Shown piece after piece: positions 1 to 9,691 of a DNA stretch of 58,848 bases. The position numbers and the translations under genes were made by a program. The notes beneath the pieces were generated by a model that searched no databases, was not told where the DNA came from, and worked only from the letters and a program-made list of their open reading frames with translations. The stretch comes from Paraphysomonas bandaiensis (Eukaryota; Protista; Chrysophyceae). The stretch's first letter is position 1. Each line of letters begins with the position of its first letter. The DNA is taken from contig CBFFRP010000331.1 in the NCBI GenBank assembly GCA_965644295.1, positions 1 to 58,848 on the forward strand, in the 5' to 3' direction.

Positions 1-60
1 AAGCCGCGTGAACTGTACTGAGGTCGTCATACTCAGTTCGAACCCCAGTAGGGCCATTTT
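1..60 (+). ncRNA. tRNA-like 3' fragment
   Basis: B-box/T-loop GTTCGAACCC at 36-45, acceptor-like 3' strand TAGGGCCA, then T-runs (Pol III terminator-like). The T-stem is imperfect and the 5' half lies outside the window. Confidence 0.3.
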
Positions 61-118
61 GCACAATTTTTTTTTGTTTTTTTAGCCATTTGATGGCCTT
101 TGATGCAGATAAACGTTT

Positions 119-820
119 TTAGCCATTTACTGACTTTTTCACAGCAACATAATCGCCTGCAGTGTTGTCAGCATGTTTGGCGAGTATTTCGAATGCGACA
201 CGTTCAAATATCTTATTCATTTTCTCACGTTTGTCTTCACGTTCATCTTCGCATTCTTCATCTTCGCATTCTTCATCTTCGCATTCTTCATCTTCGCATT
301 CTTCATCTTCGCATTCTTCATCTTCGCATTCTTCGTCTTCACTTTCTTCGTCTTCTCCTCCACATGACGGCGAAAACTCTAATGACAAGGTCCAAATTAT
401 ATAGCCCACATTATCAACAATGCATTTATAAGGTTTATTCTCTAAATCAAACAACCTAAAACGTATTTTTTTACCTCCAGAATACCTGACTTTAAACATA
501 TTATTACCTACTGGTTTTGCCTCTTCAATGAACGGGAATATTTTACATATAAGATATTGATCTTTTTCACCGTCATTAAAATTACTTTCTTCAGTTAATC
601 CATCAGCAACCAAACCCATTATTGGGGCGTCTTTATGGTCCAATTTTCTTTTTTTTATGGTGTCGTAGTTGATGTTAAAACCAATACACTCAACATTATA
701 ATATTTACATCCCATATATGGAATTGGAGGTAATGTCAATGTACAATCATGAGCATCTTCTGCAATAGCTGTCATAGATGTAAAATTATAAATAAATCGT
801 TTGTTAAAAGGAAAAGTCAT
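119..820 (-). CDS. Hypothetical protein (233 aa) of the virus-like element, with an acidic (EDEEC)n repeat
   Basis: Intronless ATG ORF with AT-rich codons. A 15-bp tandem repeat at about 244-350 encodes EDEEC. Confidence 0.7.
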   Translation of the reverse strand: MTFPFNKRFIYNFTSMTAIAEDAHDCTLTLPPIPYMGCKYYNVECIGFNINYDTIKKRKLDHKDAPIMGLVADGLTEESNFNDGEKDQYLICKIFPFIEEAKPVGNNMFKVRYSGGKKIRFRLFDLENKPYKCIVDNVGYIIWTLSLEFSPSCGGEDEESEDEECEDEECEDEECEDEECEDEECEDEECEDEREDKREKMNKIFERVAFEILAKHADNTAGDYVAVKKSVNG

Positions 821-854
821 TATATAATATGAATATATAATAATTTAAAATTAA

Positions 855-1082
855 TTAAAGCTTTTTTTTAATTCTCTTTTTTACAGATGTAGCCTTTTTG
901 TTTATCTTCTTGGCTACCTCCTTACGCTTGTTCTCTGCGTGTTTGGTTACGTCCTGTTTAGCTTTGTTTACTGATGCTCTCAAAGCTTTATTAATCATTT
1001 TGTTAACTTGTGCTTGATTCTTCGGCATATATAATAAGTGTATATATTTTTTTACAGGATAATAGGGAGTAAAATACGGCAT
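855..1082 (-). CDS. Small Lys-rich basic protein (possible DNA-binding or core protein); the true start may be the Met at 1028
   Basis: ORF with a strongly basic C-terminus, in the same orientation and AT-rich context as the neighbouring ORF. Confidence 0.5.
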   Translation of the reverse strand: MPYFTPYYPVKKYIHLLYMPKNQAQVNKMINKALRASVNKAKQDVTKHAENKRKEVAKKINKKATSVKKRIKKKL

Positions 1083-1586
1083 GTCTATATATAGTGTTAA
1101 ACAGGTCTGTTGTTCCGTCTATCTGTTGTAATTGTTCGGTGTTTAAGTCAGGGTTGGTTGATTGTTTGGTTAATAGGGTCGGTTGATTGTTTGGTATAAA
1201 GGGTTGGTTGATCGCTGGGGTTAATATGTATAGTATTATTTTATTTTGATTGCATTTTTTTTGACATTTTTGTTGAAAATATTTATTTCTGATATTTATT
1301 TTTTAGAAAAAAGTTTTTTTTAAAGAAAAATGTTGTAAAAAATGTAGTGTATACTGTTACAAAATTTGTGAAAATAAGATTTTTTTTGCATTTTTTATTG
1401 TGAAAGGTGACACGACATTTTTTATGCAAAAAAGTGTATAAAAAAATGTAATGTACAATATTGGAAGCACTTGTACGTGATAAAGAGTAATACCATAGGG
1501 GCAAGGGTTGGTGTAAGTTAATAGTTTGCATGGTCACGGTTAACACTGTACAGGGGGTGAAATCCCCCTCTCCTCTCTCTTTTTTT

Positions 1587-4500
1587 AAAGCTGCTTGTGC
1601 GTCGCCGCAAGCACCAAGGTGCAACCACTTCCGTTCTTTTTGTGTGATATGAAATTCGCCTTTATCGTGTGTCCGTGGACTCACCGGCGCTTTTGATCTG
1701 GGGGTCTCCCTTTGGGATGGGTCTCCATTGGTTTTGGAGGGGGCTCAGCATTCTGAATTAGGGTCCTGAGTGCACCTAGTTCCAGATGTGTGGGTTGGGA
1801 GTGGTGGGGATTGTTGGGAGGAGGAGTTGGGTTTGTAGTATGTGTTACTGTGCTCCTGTGGGGCCGCGGGTGTAGATAGAGTTGTCGAAGCCGTCGGCGT
1901 TGTGGAGGTCTGGGCAGTCCAGTGCTCTGTCGGGTAGGACCTGTGAGGTGTGCACGTGTGTCTGGAGTCGGATACGCTGTGGGGGGTCTTCGTTGGACCC
2001 CTAGTAGTCGAAGGACTCTCGGACGTTGTCTTGACTGACTGCGTTTCGGACGGGGTCTCGGGAGTAGCCTGGGCGGCCTTTTGGACATGGTGATATAGCG
2101 ACAACCGCGATCCTGTAACATAAGCTTCGCTGCAGTGTAAAGCGGTTGCAGGAGATTAATAACCACTGTTTCTAGGTTCCGTAGACTGTGAGCCGTCAGG
2201 TGGTTGTGTATGTCATCTCCGAAGACCGTTTCCAGTTGGGCTGCTGTGATGGTTCCAGTCCAGTATCTCTCGACCTGTGGGATGGAGGGATTCCAGGCTC
2301 TGCTGGAGAGTCTCCGTAGTGCAGATGTGATCCAGTTGGGTAAGGTCTGAGTTCTCTGTATTTCGTGTAGCACATTTTTATGCGATTGAAATGCAGTTTC
2401 CCTTATTTGGGTGATGGATTCATGTGTGCAGTCGAGGCACATATGTTTTAGGGAATCTAGTCGAAACCCGCAGTCAGAGCATGCGGCTTTGGTCAGGTCA
2501 AGCCCCTGTTTGGTTTTGGCCCGGTTCCTCCCTATGCAGAAAGATTTGTCCCATGTCAGTGCCGTGTTGAGAATTCTTTGGCGTAGATTTGAGCTGAGTT
2601 TGTCTTTGGATGCACTGCCATCCGCTTGAGCTAGTTTGCGCGGGAGGTGTACTCCGCTATTGGTCCAGTAGCCAGGCGCTCGATCAGGATTGTTTCCGTA
2701 GCGTTGATCTCTGGTTGAAGTGTAGTTCTCAAGTGTCCTTAGGTCGCAGAGATCTTGGAAATCAGTAAGGAGTGGGCTAGAGTAGTATGGCCGTCTTGTA
2801 CTGTGCAAACGCCAGTGCCATAATCCAGCGGTTAGTAAGCGTTCAATGGCACTGTCAATCGCAATTGTACAGACAGTGTAGTTATTTTTTCCAAGGATGC
2901 GATCGACTTCATGCCAGTCTTCACCCGCGACTGCGTCCGCAATATAGATGCCCTTGTCCTCAAACGTCCACTCCGTTTCATCTGTGGTACGTCGTTCGGG
3001 ATGGGACCTCACCCAGGTCACCTGTCGTTTGCAATCTCTACTGGCCGCGATGCTTTCGAGTAGTACCCCTTTTGCACGGTGACCGAGAGCTCTGCGTCTT
3101 GTGGAGAGTGCTTCCTCAGTACGGGTGCACACTGCCTGACAGTCTGTGTGGCTTCTTATGTGTTCGGGAATGCGTGTTGAGAGTATAAGCCCCATGGCTG
3201 TGCCTATGAGTTCATATGCGTATGAGTCCAAACCTGGCACATCACGAAAGGGTGTATCTAGTCGTAGTATTATGGTTGTACCATCTTCCCAGGCATTTTC
3301 TGGGGGTAAGTAGACGACCGCTGCACCTCCTCGGTGTGTCCATCGTGTTCGCGGATTGACATGAGTGAGGCGACGCGTGGAGAGCGCACTGGCTGTGTAT
3401 GATCCATCTGTGAAGATTGCCTTGAAAGTATCTGGTTGGACGCTATTAAGGCCGAGTTCTTGTTTTAGATTGGTCAGCATGTGTTCATCCTGTGGTTCGG
3501 GGGGCTCAGGTTGCTGAAGGGTAAGGCCCAATTCCGTTCCCCATTCCCTGAGGCTGAGAACATAGTGGTGGTATTGGGGCTGTGGCTCTGTTGTCTGAGT
3601 GAGTAGAAAATGTGCTGCTTGACCTGCTTCTCCCCCGAGGGTTATTGCGCGCTGTAGAGATCCCCATTTTTGCTCCTGCGCCGAGTCTGAGAAACGTTTC
3701 ATACCTAATCCGTTGTGCTTGAGTGAGAGGTAGATCAGTTCCGTGGGGTATCCAGGGCCTAGACTGAGGGCCTTTCTGTAGAGGGTTGCGCAAGCAGCGT
3801 CAATTTCTCTGTACCAGTGTAGCGGCCATGAAGCTTTGGTGGCTCTATAGAGCAAAGTCGGTATGATTTGGGTCTCGATAACCATGACTTTACAGCCGGC
3901 TGAGGCCTGTTTAATCCCTAGGTGTGTGGTCACGACTTTCAGGTATTTTAGACACCAATCATGGGAGGCCTTGTCTGTGATTGTGAGAGGAAGGTCTGCT
4001 CCGAGGTAATGTATCGACTCTAGTGATGTTTGGATAGGGACTGGGTGTGGACGCCACGACCAGTCGTAGAGAATGATGTAGCCAATGGGGTCGGAGGACT
4101 TGTTGGAATCTTGTAGGATCGGAAACACTGTGCAAACTACTTTGGGGATAGAGAGTTCCATTCCCGAAAGTACGCAGAACGCAGATATTTGTTGGGCAAT
4201 GAGTTGGGCAGCGTGTATGGATTTAGCTATTGTGTTAAGATCATCCGCGAAGGAGATCTTTATTTCGCCGGTAGTCGGAGTCGTGAGTTGAATAGTTGGT
4301 AACGTTGGACTCGTTGTTGACAGTTCAATGTCCAGCCACGTGAGAAGGATGTCGTAGAGTGCCACCCAGGCGCATGTGGATTCTGTGCCCCCTTGGGTGA
4401 TACCCCTTTCGGCTTCGAAACCCAGACTGAATAGTGCAATGAAGTGGCCGTCTGCGGACAGGAGGTCAAGGAGAGAACGTGGCTCTATGTTGTTTGCCAT

Positions 4501-4791
4501 GAATGGTGTCCAGGGAAATGTTAGACCGCCGGCATCTAAGTTGCCAAACCAGTCAACTACATCGTCCGGAACGCCCAGTCGTGCCCACGCGAGACGCATG
4601 AGGTTAGGCGCAATTGAGTCGAAGGCCTTCTTGAAGTCCCAGAGTGTACATATATGCTGGTCGCCTTTTCGTCTTGCTTCTTCTGCAGCCGCGAGTACCC
4701 TTAGTATCGCTGTGTCCGTCCCGTTCCTCCAGCGATAACCATGCTGGGACGGATGCAAAACTTTCTGTTCCTCCCATACGGTAATTGCCAA
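1587..4791 (-). mobile_element. 5'-truncated non-LTR retrotransposon; the distal 3' UTR is cut off by the virus-like element
   Basis: GC-richer block encoding RT-RNase H-CCHC. Its 3' UTR motif is shared with many dispersed copies. Confidence 0.9.
1681..4791 (-). CDS. Non-LTR retrotransposon ORF2 (partial): reverse transcriptase, RNase H and CCHC zinc finger
   Basis: RT motifs QHGYR, DFKKAFDSI, GITQGG, FADDL and YLG. RNase H motifs FTDGS, E, TDCQ, WVRSH and ADAVA. Zinc finger CSDC...HMCLDC. The frame is open for 1036 codons with no ATG start. Confidence 0.93.
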   Translation of the reverse strand: MAITVWEEQKVLHPSQHGYRWRNGTDTAILRVLAAAEEARRKGDQHICTLWDFKKAFDSIAPNLMRLAWARLGVPDDVVDWFGNLDAGGLTFPWTPFMANNIEPRSLLDLLSADGHFIALFSLGFEAERGITQGGTESTCAWVALYDILLTWLDIELSTTSPTLPTIQLTTPTTGEIKISFADDLNTIAKSIHAAQLIAQQISAFCVLSGMELSIPKVVCTVFPILQDSNKSSDPIGYIILYDWSWRPHPVPIQTSLESIHYLGADLPLTITDKASHDWCLKYLKVVTTHLGIKQASAGCKVMVIETQIIPTLLYRATKASWPLHWYREIDAACATLYRKALSLGPGYPTELIYLSLKHNGLGMKRFSDSAQEQKWGSLQRAITLGGEAGQAAHFLLTQTTEPQPQYHHYVLSLREWGTELGLTLQQPEPPEPQDEHMLTNLKQELGLNSVQPDTFKAIFTDGSYTASALSTRRLTHVNPRTRWTHRGGAAVVYLPPENAWEDGTTIILRLDTPFRDVPGLDSYAYELIGTAMGLILSTRIPEHIRSHTDCQAVCTRTEEALSTRRRALGHRAKGVLLESIAASRDCKRQVTWVRSHPERRTTDETEWTFEDKGIYIADAVAGEDWHEVDRILGKNNYTVCTIAIDSAIERLLTAGLWHWRLHSTRRPYYSSPLLTDFQDLCDLRTLENYTSTRDQRYGNNPDRAPGYWTNSGVHLPRKLAQADGSASKDKLSSNLRQRILNTALTWDKSFCIGRNRAKTKQGLDLTKAACSDCGFRLDSLKHMCLDCTHESITQIRETAFQSHKNVLHEIQRTQTLPNWITSALRRLSSRAWNPSIPQVERYWTGTITAAQLETVFGDDIHNHLTAHSLRNLETVVINLLQPLYTAAKLMLQDRGCRYITMSKRPPRLLPRPRPKRSQSRQRPRVLRLLGVQRRPPTAYPTPDTRAHLTGPTRQSTGLPRPPQRRRLRQLYLHPRPHRSTVTHTTNPTPPPNNPHHSQPTHLELGALRTLIQNAEPPPKPMETHPKGRPPDQKRR

Positions 4792-6117
4792 TTACATTAA
4801 TTGGTTTTTAAAGTGATACTATATCACAACACAAGCTTCTCAATATAAAGCATGTATGTCTGTATGAGTTATAATTATTTCATTAAGTACCACATGCCTT
4901 CGTAATTATCGATGGATGTGATGATCAACTCTATATAGTATAAAGTATAAAGAGTAACTGCGTGTATTTTCCTCACATAGAAGAAATTTGTAGTCTTCTT
5001 ACTACCGACGGGTAAAAAGGCATGATTCAAGATACTTCCTAATATGCATCGTGGTTGGTTCTCTACAGGCAAAGTGACCGTGGTATGTTGTTTTTGTCGA
5101 GTTTCGCATATTGATCAGCAATCAAAAGCTGTATTCAAGGTATTTGAATTATAATTTGAAGATGGAAAATATTTTTCCACCTCGAGTTAATATGATTGAA
5201 TTGTCTGCAATTCACACAAATTTTAGTGTAAACAACTAGTCAAAGTAATAAATGGTGTAATCAATATATAAACTATTAAAACAAACTTTCGAACATAATT
5301 TAATTCATAGAAGTAGCAGGGCTGCCTATCAACTAACTGCAATCATTAAAATTGGGAGAGTGTTGAAAATATTGGAAATGATGATGACAAGTGCTAGTTA
5401 TAATCAAGTTAATAACAATGAAAGGAAATGTCTTCTAAATCAACTGGGAGTTATATGTGTGTATCACAAACATATAGTATGATTAGAACAAAATTTCAAA
5501 CATGCGCAAAACACCAATAATATGGGATTTAACTAAATCCAATAGACTACAGACTACGCATATAAATAATATAGGGTTACTTTTTAGTAAATATTATTGT
5601 TATAAAATGTGGAAAAGTAAACTACTTTAAGGATATAATTCTCTATTCTCGCTTTCACATTGGACGGGAGATAGATCCTGATCTGGCTGATTTATTTTGC
5701 TCATAATAATATATATATATGGCAACGATGATTTTCTGATTTTTTTGTCGGCACGAGAAACTCCGCATATTTGTCTAGGATTTTTTCGGCATAAAAGCCT
5801 TTTGCTGATGACGATGGACAACATCATAATATATATCCTTTTCTACTTCTCAAATTGCTTACAAAGCTTAGCTTTAATTTCAGCTACAATGTTAAGATCT
5901 AGAAGCAGCATAATATATATATATTATATTAGGGATCTATTATTTAACCTACTAGTCAATTTTGTGTAATTTTCTAGTTACACCAAATTGGTGTAAAAAC
6001 CTAGTAATTATTTAATAATTTTTATTTTCAGTTTACAATGACTAGGGTGACATATGTATCCCCTGAGGACATAATTAAGATATACATGTTGAGAATAATA
6101 TTTCCCATTATATATTA

Positions 6118-6205
6118 AAAGTCTTATTATTAGCAATAGTCGATAAGAATCAGCACCAGCTTAGTAGCTAGATGAAAACTAGTCACATGCTAGATAGAAA
6201 TTAAA
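6118..6205 (-). repeat. Solo distal part of the retroelement 3' module
   Basis: Matches 9375-9460 and 57852-57930 (ttattagcaatag...gcacca..ttagtagctagatgaa..ctag). Confidence 0.7.
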
Positions 6206-6379
6206 TGCTGATATTCTTATTAGGTTCGTAAACTACGATAAGTAACAGAAAATGAGCAAACACTCAAACTGTTCAAGACAACACGACGCTACTCCAGCAA
6301 CACTTCGCACACGAAAACCCTAAAATATCCTATCTTTTACCACTGAACAAACCGCCCCAGTACACACGGAGTTGCATTT

Positions 6380-7328
6380 CTATTGCTCATGGGGCACAGG
6401 TCGATAAGTCTCCAAACAAGCATCCACACTGAAATCCTCAGGACTCTTATTGAAGGTGGTGATCATAGAAAATTCATTCTCTGTGCTATAGGAGGAGACA
6501 ATAAGCTTGGAGAGTCGCTCTGCATCCTGTCAGTACATGTAAAAGAATGTTCGCCACAATAATGTCGTAGCAAGGAAGTACCTGCTTTTCTATTTGCGGC
6601 AGGAAATCAGTGCGGGTTAAAGTGAGGCCTTTGGTGCTGTTCAAATCGGTGTAAAATGACATGCATAACCAAGGCTGGGCAGCTGTTGGGTCCCTGCGGA
6701 CAGGTACATACGAAAGTAAGGGTGTTAACCTCTAAGAGACAACTTCATACTTTTTGTATTCTATGGACAGGAAATGATAAACGAATAGGCAAAAACTTAG
6801 TTGAACATACCTTCTAAAAATGTTAAGAGAAATAAGCTGTCTTGAAACTGAGATAGCAGCCACATGTGCCCCCCTTCTTTAAAGACGGGATAGATAAACA
6901 TGGGGCTGAAAGTGCGAACTTGTTTAGAAGTTTGATAGAGTGCAATGAAATATGACCGTACCAAGATTTTGCACGCTCTAGAATCTGAAACGAGTCTGTA
7001 GACGAAATCACATCAGCACATACGTTATTCTTGTCTTTATGATAGGCAGTCCATATATGCGACACGGTTTCAGGTGTCTCCTGAAAAGTCGTATAATTAA
7101 AACTCTCTTCTTCCCGTATATCAACTACCTGTTCCAGTTTAGATATGTCTGTAATCTCATTGAGCTTTCTGCGAATAAAAGAAATAAAGTACACGCCTTG
7201 CAGCAGGAGAGATCATACGCTACACGAATAGTGTACCTGGGAGAAGGAAGGGAGAAAGAAAGACGTCGTCTTTGAGCTGCACCAGATACATGGACACATC
7301 TCTGCACAGCGCGATACGCGAATGCCAT
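6380..7328 (-). CDS. ATP11: Mitochondrial F1-ATPase assembly factor 1 (multi-exon)
   Basis: Transit-peptide-like N-terminus. Spliced segments read SPRKLNEI, IWTAYHK, PMFIYPVFKEGGHMWLLSQFQ, LTFLE and AQPWLCMSFYTDL. Stop codon at 6380-6382. Confidence 0.85.
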
Positions 7329-7666
7329 GTGAATTAAGCGGGTTTGAGCGGTAGAGAAGTGGTTTTATGGAGTCGATACAGAGCTCGCCGTGTTGCAATG
7401 GTCGTGGAACAGCCAAGTGCAAATTACACAATACAATAACTATACAGCATGGAATACAGAACTCATCAAGTCTACAGTTCACACTACACTGTACTGCCAA
7501 TGATGTCATCGTTTAACATGAAGGACTTATATGATTGGCGTTCATACTGCCAAGGACTAACTTTGCATTTTTGTTATATAAAAACATCATTCAGCTTCGA
7601 TGAGATGCGGGATGGTACGATCGAGCAGTACTTCTTAGCAGGATCTGGATAGTTCTGTTACTGGCT

Positions 7667-9073
7667 ATGCGCCATAGCGGACTCACAAGCGGCGGTATTG
7701 AATATTCTCCACTGCTTAACACGAAACAAAAGCAGCACCAGCCTGTCATTTTGAATGCAGACTTGATCCCAACGAGATGGTACGAGAATGCTACGCTCTT
7801 TGGGCCTATTGTAACTGTGGCTTCATTGCTACTTGGAGTGATATTTTATTGTGCGGATAACCAATGGAATATACAGACGAGTATATTTTATACCATATCC
7901 ACCCTACTCGGAGTGCTGTTTTATGTCCCAGCCAATAAGTCCACTCTCGGCGATATATTTTCTATTTTATACTACGTATATGGCGCATTCTTCTTTGCTG
8001 GTGTAGTTGGTACTTATGGTGGCTGGCTAGTGGCCAATGCGCCGGAGATAGCCGCAGAGGAACGTCGAAAGTTGATTGCCGATCACGCCGAGGACGTAGA
8101 CGGGGATGGAGTGGTGGGTGTGTGGGATCATGTCACACACTGGAAGAACGTTCTTCTTCACAAGCTTGGGTGGGAGCATCATCGCACCAAGTACTTAACC
8201 GTGGGTGCTGTGCTTGTGTGGATTGGCGTGGGTGTCTTGTATGGGATGTATTTTGAGCGGTGGGCCGTCAAGGACTCCTTTGTCTTTGCCCTCAGCACTG
8301 TATCAGCTGCAGGTCAGGTCCCACCTCCATGCATTGGGGATGACCCCACAACTTGTGATATTGGTACTCTGCGAGAATTTTTGCTGAGTGTGTATATGAT
8401 CATTGGTTGCCCTCTTTTCACCTTCGCCCTTGGCCAATTTGCCGGCTTGATGGTGGAACGAGCCATAAAACGACATGAAATTGCGATACTCCGATATCCT
8501 CTTACAAAGGAGGAGTTTCAATATGCTGCTGATCTATACGCAGACAACGATCCAAATGTTTTAAGCTTAGGAGAGTTCACGATTCTTGAACTTCTTAGAC
8601 TGGGCCGGATCACGACGGATGATTTGGATCAGATCAAAACGTTCTTTAGTGCAATAGATGAACACGAAGAAGGACATGTGAACAGACCTATGCTGGTTAA
8701 GCGAAATCTGATGAGACCGTATGGGTCGTTTGATGATGCAATGCTCGATGTTGTGAGCAATGAAGGGGATGATTTATTTCACATGCTCACAGAAAATGAC
8801 CGCTCGAATTCGCTCCCCCCTGAAATTACCGAAGATATGTACGAACAGGTAGAAGTAAGCTTTCTAGGAGATGAAGATGCATCCCGTGCATCTTGTTCTA
8901 GGACAGGTGATAGGGATAGAGAGTCAGATAGCAATACATCTCATCGCACCATTAAGAGGCTACGATTGGAAGAATACAATGAGATTGTTGTTCCTCTTGC
9001 ATTCACGACGATGCTTGATACCATTGACTCTCGTGAGGGCTATTACTGTGAAGTAGACGAAGATTTGGTATGA
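7667..9073 (+). CDS. Two-pore (TPK/K2P-like) channel-like protein with EF-hand-like motifs and atypical filters
   Basis: Two TM-pore-TM modules. EF-like loops DVDGDGVVG and DEHEEGHVN. Segment LSLGEFTILELLRLGR resembles the plant TPK C-terminus. Confidence 0.75.
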   Translation: MRHSGLTSGGIEYSPLLNTKQKQHQPVILNADLIPTRWYENATLFGPIVTVASLLLGVIFYCADNQWNIQTSIFYTISTLLGVLFYVPANKSTLGDIFSILYYVYGAFFFAGVVGTYGGWLVANAPEIAAEERRKLIADHAEDVDGDGVVGVWDHVTHWKNVLLHKLGWEHHRTKYLTVGAVLVWIGVGVLYGMYFERWAVKDSFVFALSTVSAAGQVPPPCIGDDPTTCDIGTLREFLLSVYMIIGCPLFTFALGQFAGLMVERAIKRHEIAILRYPLTKEEFQYAADLYADNDPNVLSLGEFTILELLRLGRITTDDLDQIKTFFSAIDEHEEGHVNRPMLVKRNLMRPYGSFDDAMLDVVSNEGDDLFHMLTENDRSNSLPPEITEDMYEQVEVSFLGDEDASRASCSRTGDRDRESDSNTSHRTIKRLRLEEYNEIVVPLAFTTMLDTIDSREGYYCEVDEDLV

Positions 9074-9374
9074 ATCCTATTCACTATTCTGATTGATATA
9101 GTGTGGCTACTTCTCACTGCTACATAGGATTATGCTACTTGCGCCGTGTGGTTTTGAAATGACACGAGCGCATGCAGCCAGCTAGGAATATTTTTTTCAT
9201 TTCGGATAAATTCAAGAAATGCATGTGTGGATTTTCGTATCATCTGGGTTGAATTAAACACGTTACTATTTATAGTTGAGAAATTCAAAAGTATATGATA
9301 ATAACATAAATCATAGCTAATTTTACTAATAGAATGGAGTGTATATGTCTGGTTGTGTAAGACTCTTATATATA

Positions 9375-9652
9375 TTGAATGTCTGATTATTTAGCAATAG
9401 GCGTTGAAAGCCTGCACCAATTAGTGGCTAGAAGAATGCTAGTCATACTAGTTAGACTACTACCCGTAACTAATCAATACAAACTCTTTTATCCTACTAT
9501 TTAACGCTACAGAAGCTGCTTGTGCGTCGCCGCAAGCACCAAGGTGCAACCACTTCCGTTCTTAGTGTGTGTTATGAGGCTCGCCATGATCGTGTGTCCT
9601 GGGACTCACCGGCGCGTGTGATCTGGAGGTCTCCTCTTGGGATTAGACTCCA
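9375..9652 (-). mobile_element. Short 3' fragment of the non-LTR element with an intact 3' module (reference empty target site at 9506-9519)
   Basis: Encodes PKRRPPDHTRR-stop, followed by a UTR similar to 1587-1700 that continues through the distal module. Confidence 0.85.
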
Positions 9653-9691
9653 CTCGCTATATATATGTAATGATAGATAGCCTTATGTACC

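Larger units (their letters stand above)
1..1586. mobile_element. Right end of an AT-rich, intronless, virus-like element (Polinton/PLV/virophage-like), truncated by the window start
   Basis: Very AT-rich with compact intronless ORFs preceded by TATATA tracts. About 480 bp of non-coding, repeat-rich terminal region ends in CTCTCT at 1580 (5'-AGAGAG on the other strand, as in Polinton termini). Composition switches abruptly at 1587. No capsid or polymerase gene lies inside the window. Confidence 0.55.

Noticed and set aside
100-459. Plus-strand ORFs with LRILH, SSSSH or FAFFI repeats
   Set aside because: Shadow frames of the 15-bp repeat in ORF 119-820
1283-1684. 133-aa ORF spanning the LINE/virus-like junction
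   Set aside because: Crosses a composition boundary, has no ATG support and is low complexity; likely spurious
1587-4791. Utopia/R2-type or Ngaro/DIRS identity for the retroelement
   Set aside because: No U2 snRNA or rDNA flank and no RLE motif. The RT motifs are non-LTR type and no tyrosine recombinase is seen.
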